Shown: positions 18,684 through 28,065, counted from the stretch's first letter. The stretch is 64,000 nucleotides of DNA from Anaerolineae bacterium (GCA_042408195.1 JBHOQL010000067.1:11579-75578), one strand, 5' to 3'. Made by a program: numbers and translations. Notes: generated by a model from the sequence alone, not told the origin.

Positions 18684-19507
18684 CGTTGAATCTCCAGCAA
18701 CCTCCCCTCGCGTATGGCTTTCCTCTCCATGTAGTCCAGGAGGAGCCGGGCAGCCACAAGGAAGACCACGCTCAGCGCAGCCAAAGCAATTAATTCTATG
18801 TGGACATCCAGAAAGCCAAGGGTTGCTCCGGATGGGAAGAGCAACTGGCGCATGGCATCAAGGCCAAGGGTGAGGGGTATCAGGGAAGCCACTACAGCTA
18901 CCCAGAACCCCAAACTTTTGATGGGGAAGTAGAAACCGGAAAGAAGGTAGATGGGTTCCTGGGCTAAGCTGGCCAGGTGCCAAGCTTCTCGGCTCCAGAG
19001 GAGGAAGAGCGAAGCGTTCATCATTCCAAGTCCATACAGGGCTATAAGGGTGAGGAAGAAGGCGGTTATTAGGAGAGGGAGATTGGCGACAGAATATCGG
19101 ACATTGAACAGAAGACTCCCTACTAAAATGATCGTCCCTGCCCGAAGGGAAGTAGCTAACATCCCACCCAAAGCCATTCCCAGAAGGATCCCCATCTTGG
19201 GGGCAGGGGACATTATGAAGAGGGGGAGATTACCTGTTTCCTTTTCCCAGTAAAGCTGGGTGGACATGCTCCAGAGGACATTCAGCCAGAAGGCTGTCAT
19301 TGCTCCGCCCAGGACCACAAAGCCGATGTAATCTTCAGGGGCCCTGATGGCCCGGTAAATGAAAACGTAGGCCGAAACCGCCAGCATGGGCAGGAAAACG
19401 TCAAAGAAAAACCAAGATTTTTCCCGCTGCTGGCCTATGATCCTCGGATATGCCCGTGCAACCACTGTTTTCAAGAAGAGTTTCCACCCTTTAGCCTTGC
19501 CTTTCAT
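18680..19507 (-). CDS. ABC-2 type transporter permease
   Basis: 275 aa and polytopic. It overlaps the adjacent genes by 4 nt at each end. Confidence 0.7.
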   Translation of the reverse strand: MKGKAKGWKLFLKTVVARAYPRIIGQQREKSWFFFDVFLPMLAVSAYVFIYRAIRAPEDYIGFVVLGGAMTAFWLNVLWSMSTQLYWEKETGNLPLFIMSPAPKMGILLGMALGGMLATSLRAGTIILVGSLLFNVRYSVANLPLLITAFFLTLIALYGLGMMNASLFLLWSREAWHLASLAQEPIYLLSGFYFPIKSLGFWVAVVASLIPLTLGLDAMRQLLFPSGATLGFLDVHIELIALAALSVVFLVAARLLLDYMERKAIREGRLLEIQR

Positions 19508-20505
19508 TCTTTTGCCTCTTTGAAAGGCCGACCCACCAGCTCTACGAACACATCCTCTAAGGTGGGCTCCCTCTTAGTGAGGTGGCGCACCTGGACCGAG
19601 TGCGCCGTCAGAGTATGGATTACCTCTGCCAGGGCCGCCTCTTCGTTCAGGACCAAGGCCAGTTTAGCACCACCATCAGTTTCAGATATAGAAGCGCGGC
19701 GAACTCCAGAAATGGACTCCAGGGCTTCTTGGGTCAAATCATTAGGGTAAGTGATGTCCAGTTCAAAGATGGATTCCCGACGGAGGCGCTGTTTTAAAGC
19801 AGCCGGTGAATCGCAGGCCACAATTCTGCCTTGGTCAATTATAGCTACCCGGTCACATAATTCATCGGCTTCCTGCATGTAATGGGTGGTGAGCAGTATG
19901 GTTCGGTCCGGGTGTTCTTCCAGCCATTCTTTTATAAACTGCCGGATCTGGCGGGCGGCGTTCACGTCAAGGCCCAAAGTTGGCTCATCCAGAAATAGGA
20001 TTTCGGGGTCCGTAAGGAACCCCCGGGCAACGTTCATCTTCTGGCGCATTCCGGTGGAAAGCTGGGATAATTTAGTGTGCATCCAGTCAGCGAGGCCCAT
20101 CCGGCGTAGGAGCTCCTCAATTCGGCGGTTGGCTTCGGAAGTAGGAATACCGTAGAACTGAGCGAACATCCAGAGGTTTTCCCTGACGGTGAGCAATCCA
20201 TAGCCGGAGGTTTCTCCACCGGACACCATGTTGATTATCGGGCGAACTTTGTGAGCTTCTCGAACCACATCAAAGCCTGCAACCCATGCTCTTCCGGAAC
20301 TTGGTGCCAGCAGGGTGGTAAGGATTTTTATGAGGGTAGTTTTACCTGCACCATTGGGACCCAGAAGGCCGAAAAGCTCGCCCTTAGCTATCTCTAGGTT
20401 GACATCTCTCAGGGCTATGACCTCCTTCCGGGGTTTACGGCGGCCCCCCTGTACAGTGTATATTCGCCAGAGGTTCTCAGTCTTTATAGCCCAGTCGTAA
20501 GTCAT
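19504..20505 (-). CDS. ABC transporter ATP-binding protein, DrrA-like (ABC-2 exporter ATPase)
   Basis: Walker A GPNGAGKTT, signature LSTGMRQK, Walker B ILFLDEP and a C-terminal DrrA-type domain. Confidence 0.85.
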   Translation of the reverse strand: MTYDWAIKTENLWRIYTVQGGRRKPRKEVIALRDVNLEIAKGELFGLLGPNGAGKTTLIKILTTLLAPSSGRAWVAGFDVVREAHKVRPIINMVSGGETSGYGLLTVRENLWMFAQFYGIPTSEANRRIEELLRRMGLADWMHTKLSQLSTGMRQKMNVARGFLTDPEILFLDEPTLGLDVNAARQIRQFIKEWLEEHPDRTILLTTHYMQEADELCDRVAIIDQGRIVACDSPAALKQRLRRESIFELDITYPNDLTQEALESISGVRRASISETDGGAKLALVLNEEAALAEVIHTLTAHSVQVRHLTKREPTLEDVFVELVGRPFKEAKE

Positions 20506-20602
20506 GGCCCCATCCTGTTTTGGTCGTCGGGAAAATTATATTGTAACAACTTTACTGCAGCAAGTCCGGTTTCTTTAGTGCGTGGGGAATTCTCCCTTCG
20601 TG

Positions 20603-20611
20603 TGGTATAAT
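20603..20611 (+). promoter_or_regulatory. Candidate extended -10 promoter element (TGGTATAAT) for the regulator gene
   Basis: Seen in the divergent 128-bp intergenic region, about 22 nt upstream of the ATG at 20634. Purine-rich RBS-like sequence follows it. Confidence 0.35.
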
Positions 20612-20633
20612 AAAGGCAAGGGGTGAGATAATA

Positions 20634-23600
20634 ATGGAAAGAGTGCTGCTCAGGGTAAAGCTACTGCCCCCGCGTCTAACTAAACGAGTGCTGGTCCGCC
20701 CGCGCCTGATTCAGCAGCTTCTCGAGGCTCTAAATTACCGTTTGACCATCCTACAAGCAGGGGCTGGTTACGGCAAGAGCACAGCTCTGGCAACTTTGGC
20801 CGAACAGGGGATACCTATCGTCTGGTATCAGCTGGAGCGGGAAGACAGCGACCCAGCCCTTTTTCTTTTCTACCTCATCCACGGCTTTCGCTCCCTATTT
20901 CCCGATGGTTTCGAGCTTGCTTTGGCTTTCATCGAGGAGCATTCCGATCAGTTCCGTCCAACCCTGGTTCTAGATATATTGCTGGACGAATTAGCCAAAC
21001 GGATCACCTCTCCCCACTTCTTCGTCCTGGATGATGCTCACTTCCTGAGAGAATCCCCGGAGACCTTGCGGCTTCTGGACCGCTTCATCGCCCATTCACC
21101 ACCGGATCTACATACAATCCTTTCCACCCGCTACGCTCTCAATCTGCCTACTCTGATCCGTTGGAAAGCCCACGGAGAGGTTTTGGAGATCCGGCAGGAA
21201 GATTTAGCTTTTACCCCTGAGGAAATAAAAGCCCTTTTCCTTCGGAAATATCGGCTATTCCTTAGCCCGTCTGAGATCGCTTTGCTGGCTGAGCGGACCG
21301 AAGGGTGGCCCATTGCTCTTCAACTTGTCTGGAAGGCTCTGCAGAGCCGTATCACTCCGAACCTCTCCCGGGCCCTTGAGCAGGTAACTGGCCCTACTGA
21401 AAGTCTCTTCCTTTACCTGGCCCGTGAAGTTCTGGAGCAGCTAGAGCCGAGAGTACGGGATTTCCTCCTGAAGACGGCGGTTTTGCAGGAGTTATCGCCC
21501 TCCATTTGCGATTGCCTCTGCGAAACTACCGATAGCGTTTCCATCATCAATTATCTCATGGAAAATGGCCTTTTCATTGTGGACCTCGGGGAAGGCCTTT
21601 TCCGTTACCATCACTTGTTCAGGGAGTTCCTCTACCATCAACTCTCGCCCCAGGAGGCCAGAGAGGCTCATTTGCGGGCTGCCAAGTGTTTTACGAAGAT
21701 GGGTGATGAAGCCAAAGCTGTTCACCATTTCCTGGCTGCGCAGGCCTGGGAAGAGGCTGCCGCAATAATTGATAACTTGGGCCGGGATATGGTGCAGGCA
21801 GGCAGGCTTGAGACTCTTTCCCAGTGGCTTGGTATGATTCCGCCAGAAGTGCTGGCAGCTCATCCAGCGTTGTTAATCTACCTTGGGGACATAGCCCGCC
21901 TTCGGAGCCGTTTCCATGAAGCCCTTGGCTGGTATCAGCAGGCTGAAGAACGCTACCGTCTTAGAGGCGATAATCGGGGGGTTGGCCAGGCTCTGAGGGG
22001 AAAGGCCCGTGTCTATCTGGACACTGTGGATCCGGTCCAGGCGGAGCGATACCTCCAGGAGGCCCTTCGCCTTGCCGATGGGCAGGAGGACAGGGAGAGC
22101 TTTGCTCGCTTGCTGGAGCTCCTGGCAGAAAACCAGCTCAATCTGGGTCGTCCCGAGGAAGCAGAGCGATTGCGTGCACAGGCCCGTACTCTCCGAGAAG
22201 AGGGGCCGGGAGAGGCCGAATTGGCTGTCCGTGTGCTCCTGCGCACCGGCCGGCTCAACGAAGCTCGTCGCCTCTTGGAAGAGCAGGCAGAGAGGGAGCG
22301 TCGGGAACCTGTGCTCAGGCCCCGGGCCCACCGGGAAACCTTGCTCATCCTCTCCCTTGTGCTGGCTTTCCAGGGGGAGGCCGAAGCAGCTTACTATTGC
22401 GCTGTAGATGGCACAAAGCGGGGGCAGCTCCTCAATTCCCCCTTCGTTACTGCAGTGGGTTACATGAGACAGGGGCATTCCTGGCTCATAAGAGACGACC
22501 CAGATGGATATTCTCAGGCATGTCGTTGCTATCAGGAAGCCATAGCCATAAGTGAGGACCTTGCCGTCCCGCGCTTAAAGGTGGAAGCCTTCTGGGGACT
22601 TTGTCGAGCTCATGGCTTCAATGGGGAGTTGGATGCTGCTCTAGAAGCGGCTCACAAGGGGATAGAAATTGCCCAGCGGGCTGGAGATGAATGGATAACC
22701 GCACTGATCAGGGTCTCCATGGGGGCAGGGTATGTCCTGGCCGGTGAGTACAACTTAGCTGTAGATTGGCTTTCCCGAGCTCTAAATTCCTTTAGGGAAT
22801 GCAGTGACCCATACGGGGAGGCTGTTGCCAGGTTATGGCTCTGTCTAACGTGGTGGCGTAAGAAAGACCAGGCCCGGTTGAGGCGGGATTCTGAGGAGCT
22901 TCTCAGTTTGGTTCACAGCCACGGCTACGATTACCTTTTCACCAGAAGGACGCTCTTGGGACCTCCTGATCCCCGCATGGCGGTCCCAATACTGCTTTAT
23001 GCCCGTGACTCTGGCCTTCATCCCGCATGTGTGGATCGTCTCCTCAAGTCCTTGGGACTGGAGAAGACGGAAGTCCACCCGGGTTACCAGCTTAGGGTAC
23101 AAACCCTTGGGCCGTTCAGGGTTTGGCGGGGAACAAAGGAAATTTCTCCATCGGAATGGCGCCGTGAGAAAGCTCGGAGGCTCTTTCAAGTCTTAATAAC
23201 TTACCGGCGCACTATGCTAGATCGGGACCAGATTCTGGAAATGCTCTGGCCCGACCTGGACCCCGAAACAGCCAAACGGGATTTCAAAGTAGCTCTCAGC
23301 ACCCTGTGCAAAGTCCTGGAGCCTGAGCGTCAGGAAGGGATGCCTTCGGCTTACATAATTCGGGATCGTTCCCGGTACGGACTCAGACCAGGGGCCGACA
23401 TTTGGCTGGATGTGGAAGAGATGGAAAAAGAGATAACCAGTGGGGACAAGCTCCTAAACTTAGAGCCCGATAAAGCCCTGGAGCACTATAAGCGTGCGCT
23501 TGTCCTTTACGGTGGGGACTACCTGGAAGATTGCCTTTACGAATCTTGGTGCAGCGAGGAAAGGGAGAGAATTCTGATCCTCTACCTTCGCACAGCTGAG

Positions 23601-23858
23601 AGAGTAGCAGAGCTTCTGGCCCGTAAGGAAGTATGGGATGAGGTTCTTAACGTTTGCCGGGCCATTTTAGCTCGGGATCCTTGCTGGGAGCAAGCTTACC
23701 GCTGGATGATGCTGGCCTATGCCCGCACTGGCCGTAGGGCTCAGGCCTTGAAAACCTATAGGAAATGCGTGGAGCGGCTCCGCAAAGAGCTCCAAGTAGA
23801 CCCCTCCCCTGCCACCGTTCAGCTATACGAAGAAATCCGCAACGCCCGCCTTCAGTAA
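20634..23858 (+). CDS. Large transcriptional regulator. It has an N-terminal STAND/MalT-like P-loop ATPase, central TPR-like helical repeats, and a C-terminal OmpR-type winged helix plus BTAD (SARP/DnrI/AfsR-family activator domain).
   Basis: 1074 aa. The P-loop is QAGAGYGKST. The C-terminus LRVQTLGPFRVWRGTKEISPSEWRREKARRLFQVLITYRR...DQILEMLWPD has the SARP DNA-binding signature, followed by a BTAD helical region (...AYARTGRRAQALKTYRKCVERLRKELQVDPSPAT). Confidence 0.8.
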   Translation: MERVLLRVKLLPPRLTKRVLVRPRLIQQLLEALNYRLTILQAGAGYGKSTALATLAEQGIPIVWYQLEREDSDPALFLFYLIHGFRSLFPDGFELALAFIEEHSDQFRPTLVLDILLDELAKRITSPHFFVLDDAHFLRESPETLRLLDRFIAHSPPDLHTILSTRYALNLPTLIRWKAHGEVLEIRQEDLAFTPEEIKALFLRKYRLFLSPSEIALLAERTEGWPIALQLVWKALQSRITPNLSRALEQVTGPTESLFLYLAREVLEQLEPRVRDFLLKTAVLQELSPSICDCLCETTDSVSIINYLMENGLFIVDLGEGLFRYHHLFREFLYHQLSPQEAREAHLRAAKCFTKMGDEAKAVHHFLAAQAWEEAAAIIDNLGRDMVQAGRLETLSQWLGMIPPEVLAAHPALLIYLGDIARLRSRFHEALGWYQQAEERYRLRGDNRGVGQALRGKARVYLDTVDPVQAERYLQEALRLADGQEDRESFARLLELLAENQLNLGRPEEAERLRAQARTLREEGPGEAELAVRVLLRTGRLNEARRLLEEQAERERREPVLRPRAHRETLLILSLVLAFQGEAEAAYYCAVDGTKRGQLLNSPFVTAVGYMRQGHSWLIRDDPDGYSQACRCYQEAIAISEDLAVPRLKVEAFWGLCRAHGFNGELDAALEAAHKGIEIAQRAGDEWITALIRVSMGAGYVLAGEYNLAVDWLSRALNSFRECSDPYGEAVARLWLCLTWWRKKDQARLRRDSEELLSLVHSHGYDYLFTRRTLLGPPDPRMAVPILLYARDSGLHPACVDRLLKSLGLEKTEVHPGYQLRVQTLGPFRVWRGTKEISPSEWRREKARRLFQVLITYRRTMLDRDQILEMLWPDLDPETAKRDFKVALSTLCKVLEPERQEGMPSAYIIRDRSRYGLRPGADIWLDVEEMEKEITSGDKLLNLEPDKALEHYKRALVLYGGDYLEDCLYESWCSEERERILILYLRTAERVAELLARKEVWDEVLNVCRAILARDPCWEQAYRWMMLAYARTGRRAQALKTYRKCVERLRKELQVDPSPATVQLYEEIRNARLQ

Positions 23859-23895
23859 CTACTTTGTAACTCTTTTGTAACCGTTTGGTTATAAA
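23855..23895 (+). promoter_or_regulatory. Candidate SARP-box promoter: three GTAAC-containing heptamers at 11-bp periodicity (23855, 23866, 23877), with the last repeat 8 bp upstream of a TATAAA -10 at 23890-23895
   Basis: Read from the sequence cAGTAACtacTTTGTAACtctTTTGTAACcgtttggtTATAAAat. The geometry (11-bp repeat phasing, 8-bp gap to the -10) is the established arrangement for SARP-activated promoters. A regulator with a SARP domain is encoded immediately upstream. Confidence 0.45.
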
Positions 23896-23929
23896 ATTTT
23901 TTCTGCTTACAAAGCAGAGGAGGTTAACC

Positions 23930-24694
23930 ATGCGGCTCAAGGACAGAGTCGCTCTCATCACAGGTGGAGCTGTGGGCATAGGCCAAGCTACAGCTTTCCG
24001 TTTCGCCGAAGAAGGTGCCATAGTTATAATCTGTGATGTGAACGAAGAAGCGGGCCGCCAGACTGCCGCTCAGCTTGGAGACGAAACCCGTTTCTACAAA
24101 GTAAACGTGGTTGACAGGAAAGCGGTCCAGGCCTGGGTGGACGATGTGGCTGCTCGCTTCGGCAGGATTGATATCCTCGTAAACAATGCCGGCATCCTGC
24201 GGGACGCCCTGCTGGTGAAGTACAAAGACGGCCAGGTAGTGGGTCAGATGTCTGAGGAAGATTTTGACCTGGTCATCGCTGTCAATCTCAAGGGAGTTTT
24301 CAACTGCACCCAGGCCGTCGTGCCCTACATGATACGGCAGGGCGGTGGAGTAATCCTCAATGCTTCCTCCGTTGTGGGAATAGATGGCAACTTCGGCCAG
24401 ACCAACTACGTGGCTTCAAAAGCTGGCGTCATCGGAATGACTAAAGTGTGGGCCAGGGAACTGGCAAGGTACAATATCCGGGTCAACGCTGTTGCCCCTG
24501 GTTTCATCCTAACCGATATGGTCCGCCAGATGCCGGAGAAAATCCTTGAGCAGATGAAAGCTCGCATCCCCTTGGGCCGCCTGGGGGATCCGAGAGATGT
24601 AGCCAACGCTTACCTCTTCCTGGCCTCTGATGAAGCCTCTTATATTACGGGAACCGTGCTTCGTGTAGATGGTGGCATCGTGGTGGGTACCTAA
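23930..24694 (+). CDS. Short-chain dehydrogenase/reductase, FabG-like 3-oxoacyl reductase
   Basis: The Rossmann motif is ITGGAVGIGQA. The catalytic motifs are NNAG and S...YVASK. I chose the internal ATG at 23930 with RBS GAGGAGG upstream. Confidence 0.85.
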   Translation: MRLKDRVALITGGAVGIGQATAFRFAEEGAIVIICDVNEEAGRQTAAQLGDETRFYKVNVVDRKAVQAWVDDVAARFGRIDILVNNAGILRDALLVKYKDGQVVGQMSEEDFDLVIAVNLKGVFNCTQAVVPYMIRQGGGVILNASSVVGIDGNFGQTNYVASKAGVIGMTKVWARELARYNIRVNAVAPGFILTDMVRQMPEKILEQMKARIPLGRLGDPRDVANAYLFLASDEASYITGTVLRVDGGIVVGT

Positions 24695-24705
24695 GGAGGC
24701 AGAGC

Positions 24706-26232
24706 ATGATCGTTGGAGATTGGCTTGGACGTCGGGAGCTTCTGACCCCAAACAAAGTGGCTCTTATAGACACCCTCAACGGCAACCGCCCCATAACTTA
24801 CAGGGAATGGAGCCACATGGTCAACCGAACGGCTCGCTTCCTCCAAGAACGTCTCGGAGTGCGTAAGGGAGATCGGGTGGCCATACTGGCTCAGAACTGT
24901 GTGGAATATTTGGACCTGTGGTTCGCTTTGGGCCGCATTGGCGGTGTCATGCAGGCCCTGAACTGGCGCCTAACCCCTTACGAACTGGAGGGTCTCCTCA
25001 ACGATGGCAGACCAGTAGCTTTGGTTTACGGAAGCGAGTTCACCTCCCAAGTCAACGCTCTGCGGGGCAAAATTCCTAACCTACATTATTATGTAGCCCT
25101 AGGAGAAAAAGCTTCTCCGAATGATATCTCCTTCTCTGAGCGCGAATCTTTTCCCGACCACTCCCTTCCGGAAATAGACCTGGATTGGGAGGACCCATGG
25201 GTCATCTGCTATACCGGTGGCACAACCGGCTTGCCGAAAGGAGCCATATTGACCCATCGCTCTATCACTGCTAACGCCGTCAACACAGTTATCTCTTGGG
25301 GTCTCACCCCCGATGATGTGGCTATTCTCAACGCCCCTCTTTTCCATACCGGAGGCCTTAATGTATTCACTGCCCCCTTGGTTTACATCGGAGGCACTAG
25401 TATCGTTTGTAAGGGGTTTGATCCGGACCAGGTCTTCGATCTCATTAGAGATGCAGGGGTGACAGTGTTTTTCGGCGTTCCGACTATGTTTATCATGCTT
25501 CAGCAGCATCCTCGCTGGGAAGAGGCTGATTTTTCCCGCCTGAAGATTGTGATAAGCGGCGGAGCGCCCTGCCCAATGTCTGTGTTTGAAAAGTTCTTTG
25601 AGAAAGGCATCAATTTCAAAACGGGCTATGGTCTCACTGAAGCGGGTCCCAATACCTTCTGGCTTCCTCCGGAAGATGCGCGTCGCAAGCCTGGCTCTGT
25701 CGGTTTCCCCTTGTTCCACATCGATGTGAAGATAGTGCGAGAAGATGGGACTGAGTGTGGTCCGGAGGAGGTTGGAGAACTCATTATCCGTGGGCCCCAT
25801 GTCTGCGCCGGCTACTGGAACAACCCCGAAGCCACAGCTCAAACTTTTCGAGATGGATGGCTTCACACCGGCGACCTGGCCAAACGCGATGCCGAAGGCT
25901 ACTATTACATCGTTGGGCGGATAAAGGATATGTTCATCTCGGGAGGGGAAAACGTTTATCCCGCTGAAATTGAGAGCGTCCTCCACTCCCATCCGGCCGT
26001 AGTTGAGGCAGCGGTCATAGGAGTGCCCGACCCAAAGTGGGGAGAAGTAGGCCGAGCCATTGTAGCCCTTCGCCCCGGCGCTTCCGTGACCGAGGAAGAA
26101 CTCATAGCATTCTGTCGAGAGCGATTGGCAAGTTACAAAATTCCCAAATCCTTCATTTTCGTGGAAGCTCTACCCAAAACAGGGGCAGGCAAAGTGGACA
26201 AAGAACGTCTGAGGAAGGAATACGGCTCGTAG
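24706..26232 (+). CDS. AMP-dependent synthetase/ligase (acyl- or aryl-CoA ligase), paralog 1
   Basis: 508 aa. The ANL P-loop is YTGGTTGLPKG. The hinge and A8 region is GDLAKRDAEGYYYIVGRIKDMFISGGENVYP. It carries a C-terminal lysine motif. Confidence 0.85.
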   Translation: MIVGDWLGRRELLTPNKVALIDTLNGNRPITYREWSHMVNRTARFLQERLGVRKGDRVAILAQNCVEYLDLWFALGRIGGVMQALNWRLTPYELEGLLNDGRPVALVYGSEFTSQVNALRGKIPNLHYYVALGEKASPNDISFSERESFPDHSLPEIDLDWEDPWVICYTGGTTGLPKGAILTHRSITANAVNTVISWGLTPDDVAILNAPLFHTGGLNVFTAPLVYIGGTSIVCKGFDPDQVFDLIRDAGVTVFFGVPTMFIMLQQHPRWEEADFSRLKIVISGGAPCPMSVFEKFFEKGINFKTGYGLTEAGPNTFWLPPEDARRKPGSVGFPLFHIDVKIVREDGTECGPEEVGELIIRGPHVCAGYWNNPEATAQTFRDGWLHTGDLAKRDAEGYYYIVGRIKDMFISGGENVYPAEIESVLHSHPAVVEAAVIGVPDPKWGEVGRAIVALRPGASVTEEELIAFCRERLASYKIPKSFIFVEALPKTGAGKVDKERLRKEYGS

Positions 26233-26256
26233 AAGAGTCAGGACGAGGAGGTCAAT

Positions 26257-27060
26257 ATGCCGAAAATGAAAGTGAATGATATAGAGATTGCTTATGAGGT
26301 GACCGGTTCCGGTCATCCGTTGGTTCTCATCACTGGCGTCGGATATGGACGCTGGTTCTGGCACAAAATCGTGCCTGAACTTTCCAAGCATTTTCAGGTG
26401 GTAACTTTTGATAACCGCGGAGCCGGTGAAAGCGATAAACCCCCCGGTCCTTACACCACAAAAATGATGGCGGCTGATACCGCCGGTCTCCTTGATGGCC
26501 TCGGTATCCGCAGAGCCTATGTAATGGGTCACTCTTTGGGTGGATTCATTGCGCAAGAGCTAACTCTTGCCAGACCTGACCTTGTTGAGAAATTGATTCT
26601 GGCTTCCACAACTTACGGTGGCCCCAACGTTATACCCATTACCCCAGAGGCCCTTGAAGTCCTCACTAAGAGGGATGGTGATCCTGTAGAACTGGTCCAC
26701 AGAGGAATCAAAGTGGCCTGTGCGCCAGGCTTCGCCGAGCGCCATCCGGAAGTGGTCAAAGAGCTTCTGGAGTACCGACTGACCAACCCTGTGCCTCCAG
26801 CTCAGTATCAAGCTCAGGTTATGGCCGGAGCTACCCACAACGCTGAGGACCGCATCTCTCAGATAACCTGTCCCGTGCTCGTGCTCTTTGGCGAGTACGA
26901 CAAGGTAGTCCCTCCCGGGAACGCGGAACTCTTGGCCCGGAAGCTCCCCAACGCTCGGGTCAAAATCCTCCCCAACGTGGGTCACATTTTCCCCATAGAA
27001 GACCCCCAAGCCACTGTGGAAGCGATGCTGGAATTTCTGAAGCCTGAGGAGGCTAAGTGA
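26257..27060 (+). CDS. Alpha/beta-hydrolase fold protein, paralog 1
   Basis: 267 aa. The nucleophile elbow is GHSLGG, with an HGxP-like oxyanion region and a C-terminal His (NVGHIFPIE). Confidence 0.8.
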   Translation: MPKMKVNDIEIAYEVTGSGHPLVLITGVGYGRWFWHKIVPELSKHFQVVTFDNRGAGESDKPPGPYTTKMMAADTAGLLDGLGIRRAYVMGHSLGGFIAQELTLARPDLVEKLILASTTYGGPNVIPITPEALEVLTKRDGDPVELVHRGIKVACAPGFAERHPEVVKELLEYRLTNPVPPAQYQAQVMAGATHNAEDRISQITCPVLVLFGEYDKVVPPGNAELLARKLPNARVKILPNVGHIFPIEDPQATVEAMLEFLKPEEAK

Positions 27061-28052
27061 TGCGTCACGCTCGCATTCTTGCCACTGGCAGTTATGTGCC
27101 CCCAAGGCTAATTACGAACGATGAGATAGACGAAATCCTTGGGGAGAAAACCAGCGATTGGCTCATAGAGAACGTAGGCATTCGACAGCGTCATTGGATG
27201 ACGCCCGAGCAGACCACTTCTGATTTGGTGGTGGAAGCCTCCAAGATAGCACTGGAACGAGCTGGCCTCCGGCCTGAAGACTTGGATCTCATCATCGTGT
27301 CTACCGACACTCCCGATTACCTTTCTCCTCCTACCTCGGCAGTAGTCCAGTACAAGCTGGGGGCAGTCAATGCTGGTTGCTGGGATGTGAACAGTGCCTG
27401 CGCAGGGTGGGTGACAGCCTTGGACCAGGGAGCCCGCTACATTATGACTGAGCCGACAATCCGATACGTCCTAGTGGCCGGTGGCTACGGTATGAGCCGC
27501 TTCCTGGACCTCAAGGACAAGAAAACCGCCAACCTCTTTGCCGATGGTGCGGGGGCGGTAGTGTTGGGTCCCAGTGAGGGACCCGGATTCTTGGCAAGCC
27601 AATTCCTGGCCAAAGGTGAATACTACGATGCTCTGGGCATCTACACCGGTGGCGCTTTTCGGCCCTGTACCCCGGAGAACCTGGAAAAATACGGTCCACC
27701 GCGAGTCCAATTCGTCAAGAAATTCCCCCGCACCTTCAACACGGAATACTGGCCTTGGCTGATTCAGAAAGCTCTGGAAAAGGCAGGGCTTACAGTAGAA
27801 GATGTGGATCTTTTCCTCTTCACACAGCTCAACTTGCGCACTATTGAACTGATGATGCAAATCCTCGGTCAATCTATGGAGAAAACCCATTGGGTCATGG
27901 ACAAGTGGGGCTATACAGGCTCACCCTGTGTGGCGATGGCACTGGATGATTTAATCAACCAGGGACGTGGGCCAAAACCAGGCGATATAATCGTCTTCTG
28001 CACCAGCGGCGGGGGCATAACGATGGCTGCCTCTGTCTGGCGGTGGGTATGA
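27057..28052 (+). CDS. FabH-like (KAS III / thiolase-fold) condensing-enzyme homolog with a non-canonical active site
   Basis: 331 aa. It aligns by eye along its length with E. coli FabH, and the Cys nucleophile is retained (VNSACAGW versus AAACAGF). At the positions of FabH His244 and Asn274 the residues appear to be Thr (FTQLNLR versus PHQANLR) and Tyr (KWGYTGSP versus RHGNTSAA). Confidence 0.75.
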   Translation: MMRHARILATGSYVPPRLITNDEIDEILGEKTSDWLIENVGIRQRHWMTPEQTTSDLVVEASKIALERAGLRPEDLDLIIVSTDTPDYLSPPTSAVVQYKLGAVNAGCWDVNSACAGWVTALDQGARYIMTEPTIRYVLVAGGYGMSRFLDLKDKKTANLFADGAGAVVLGPSEGPGFLASQFLAKGEYYDALGIYTGGAFRPCTPENLEKYGPPRVQFVKKFPRTFNTEYWPWLIQKALEKAGLTVEDVDLFLFTQLNLRTIELMMQILGQSMEKTHWVMDKWGYTGSPCVAMALDDLINQGRGPKPGDIIVFCTSGGGITMAASVWRWV

Positions 28053-28065
28053 GGAGGAGATCCAT

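Noticed and set aside
25099-25992. 297-aa minus-strand ORF
   Set aside because: It is antisense to ligase paralog 1, which has all the ANL motifs. It is a shadow ORF.
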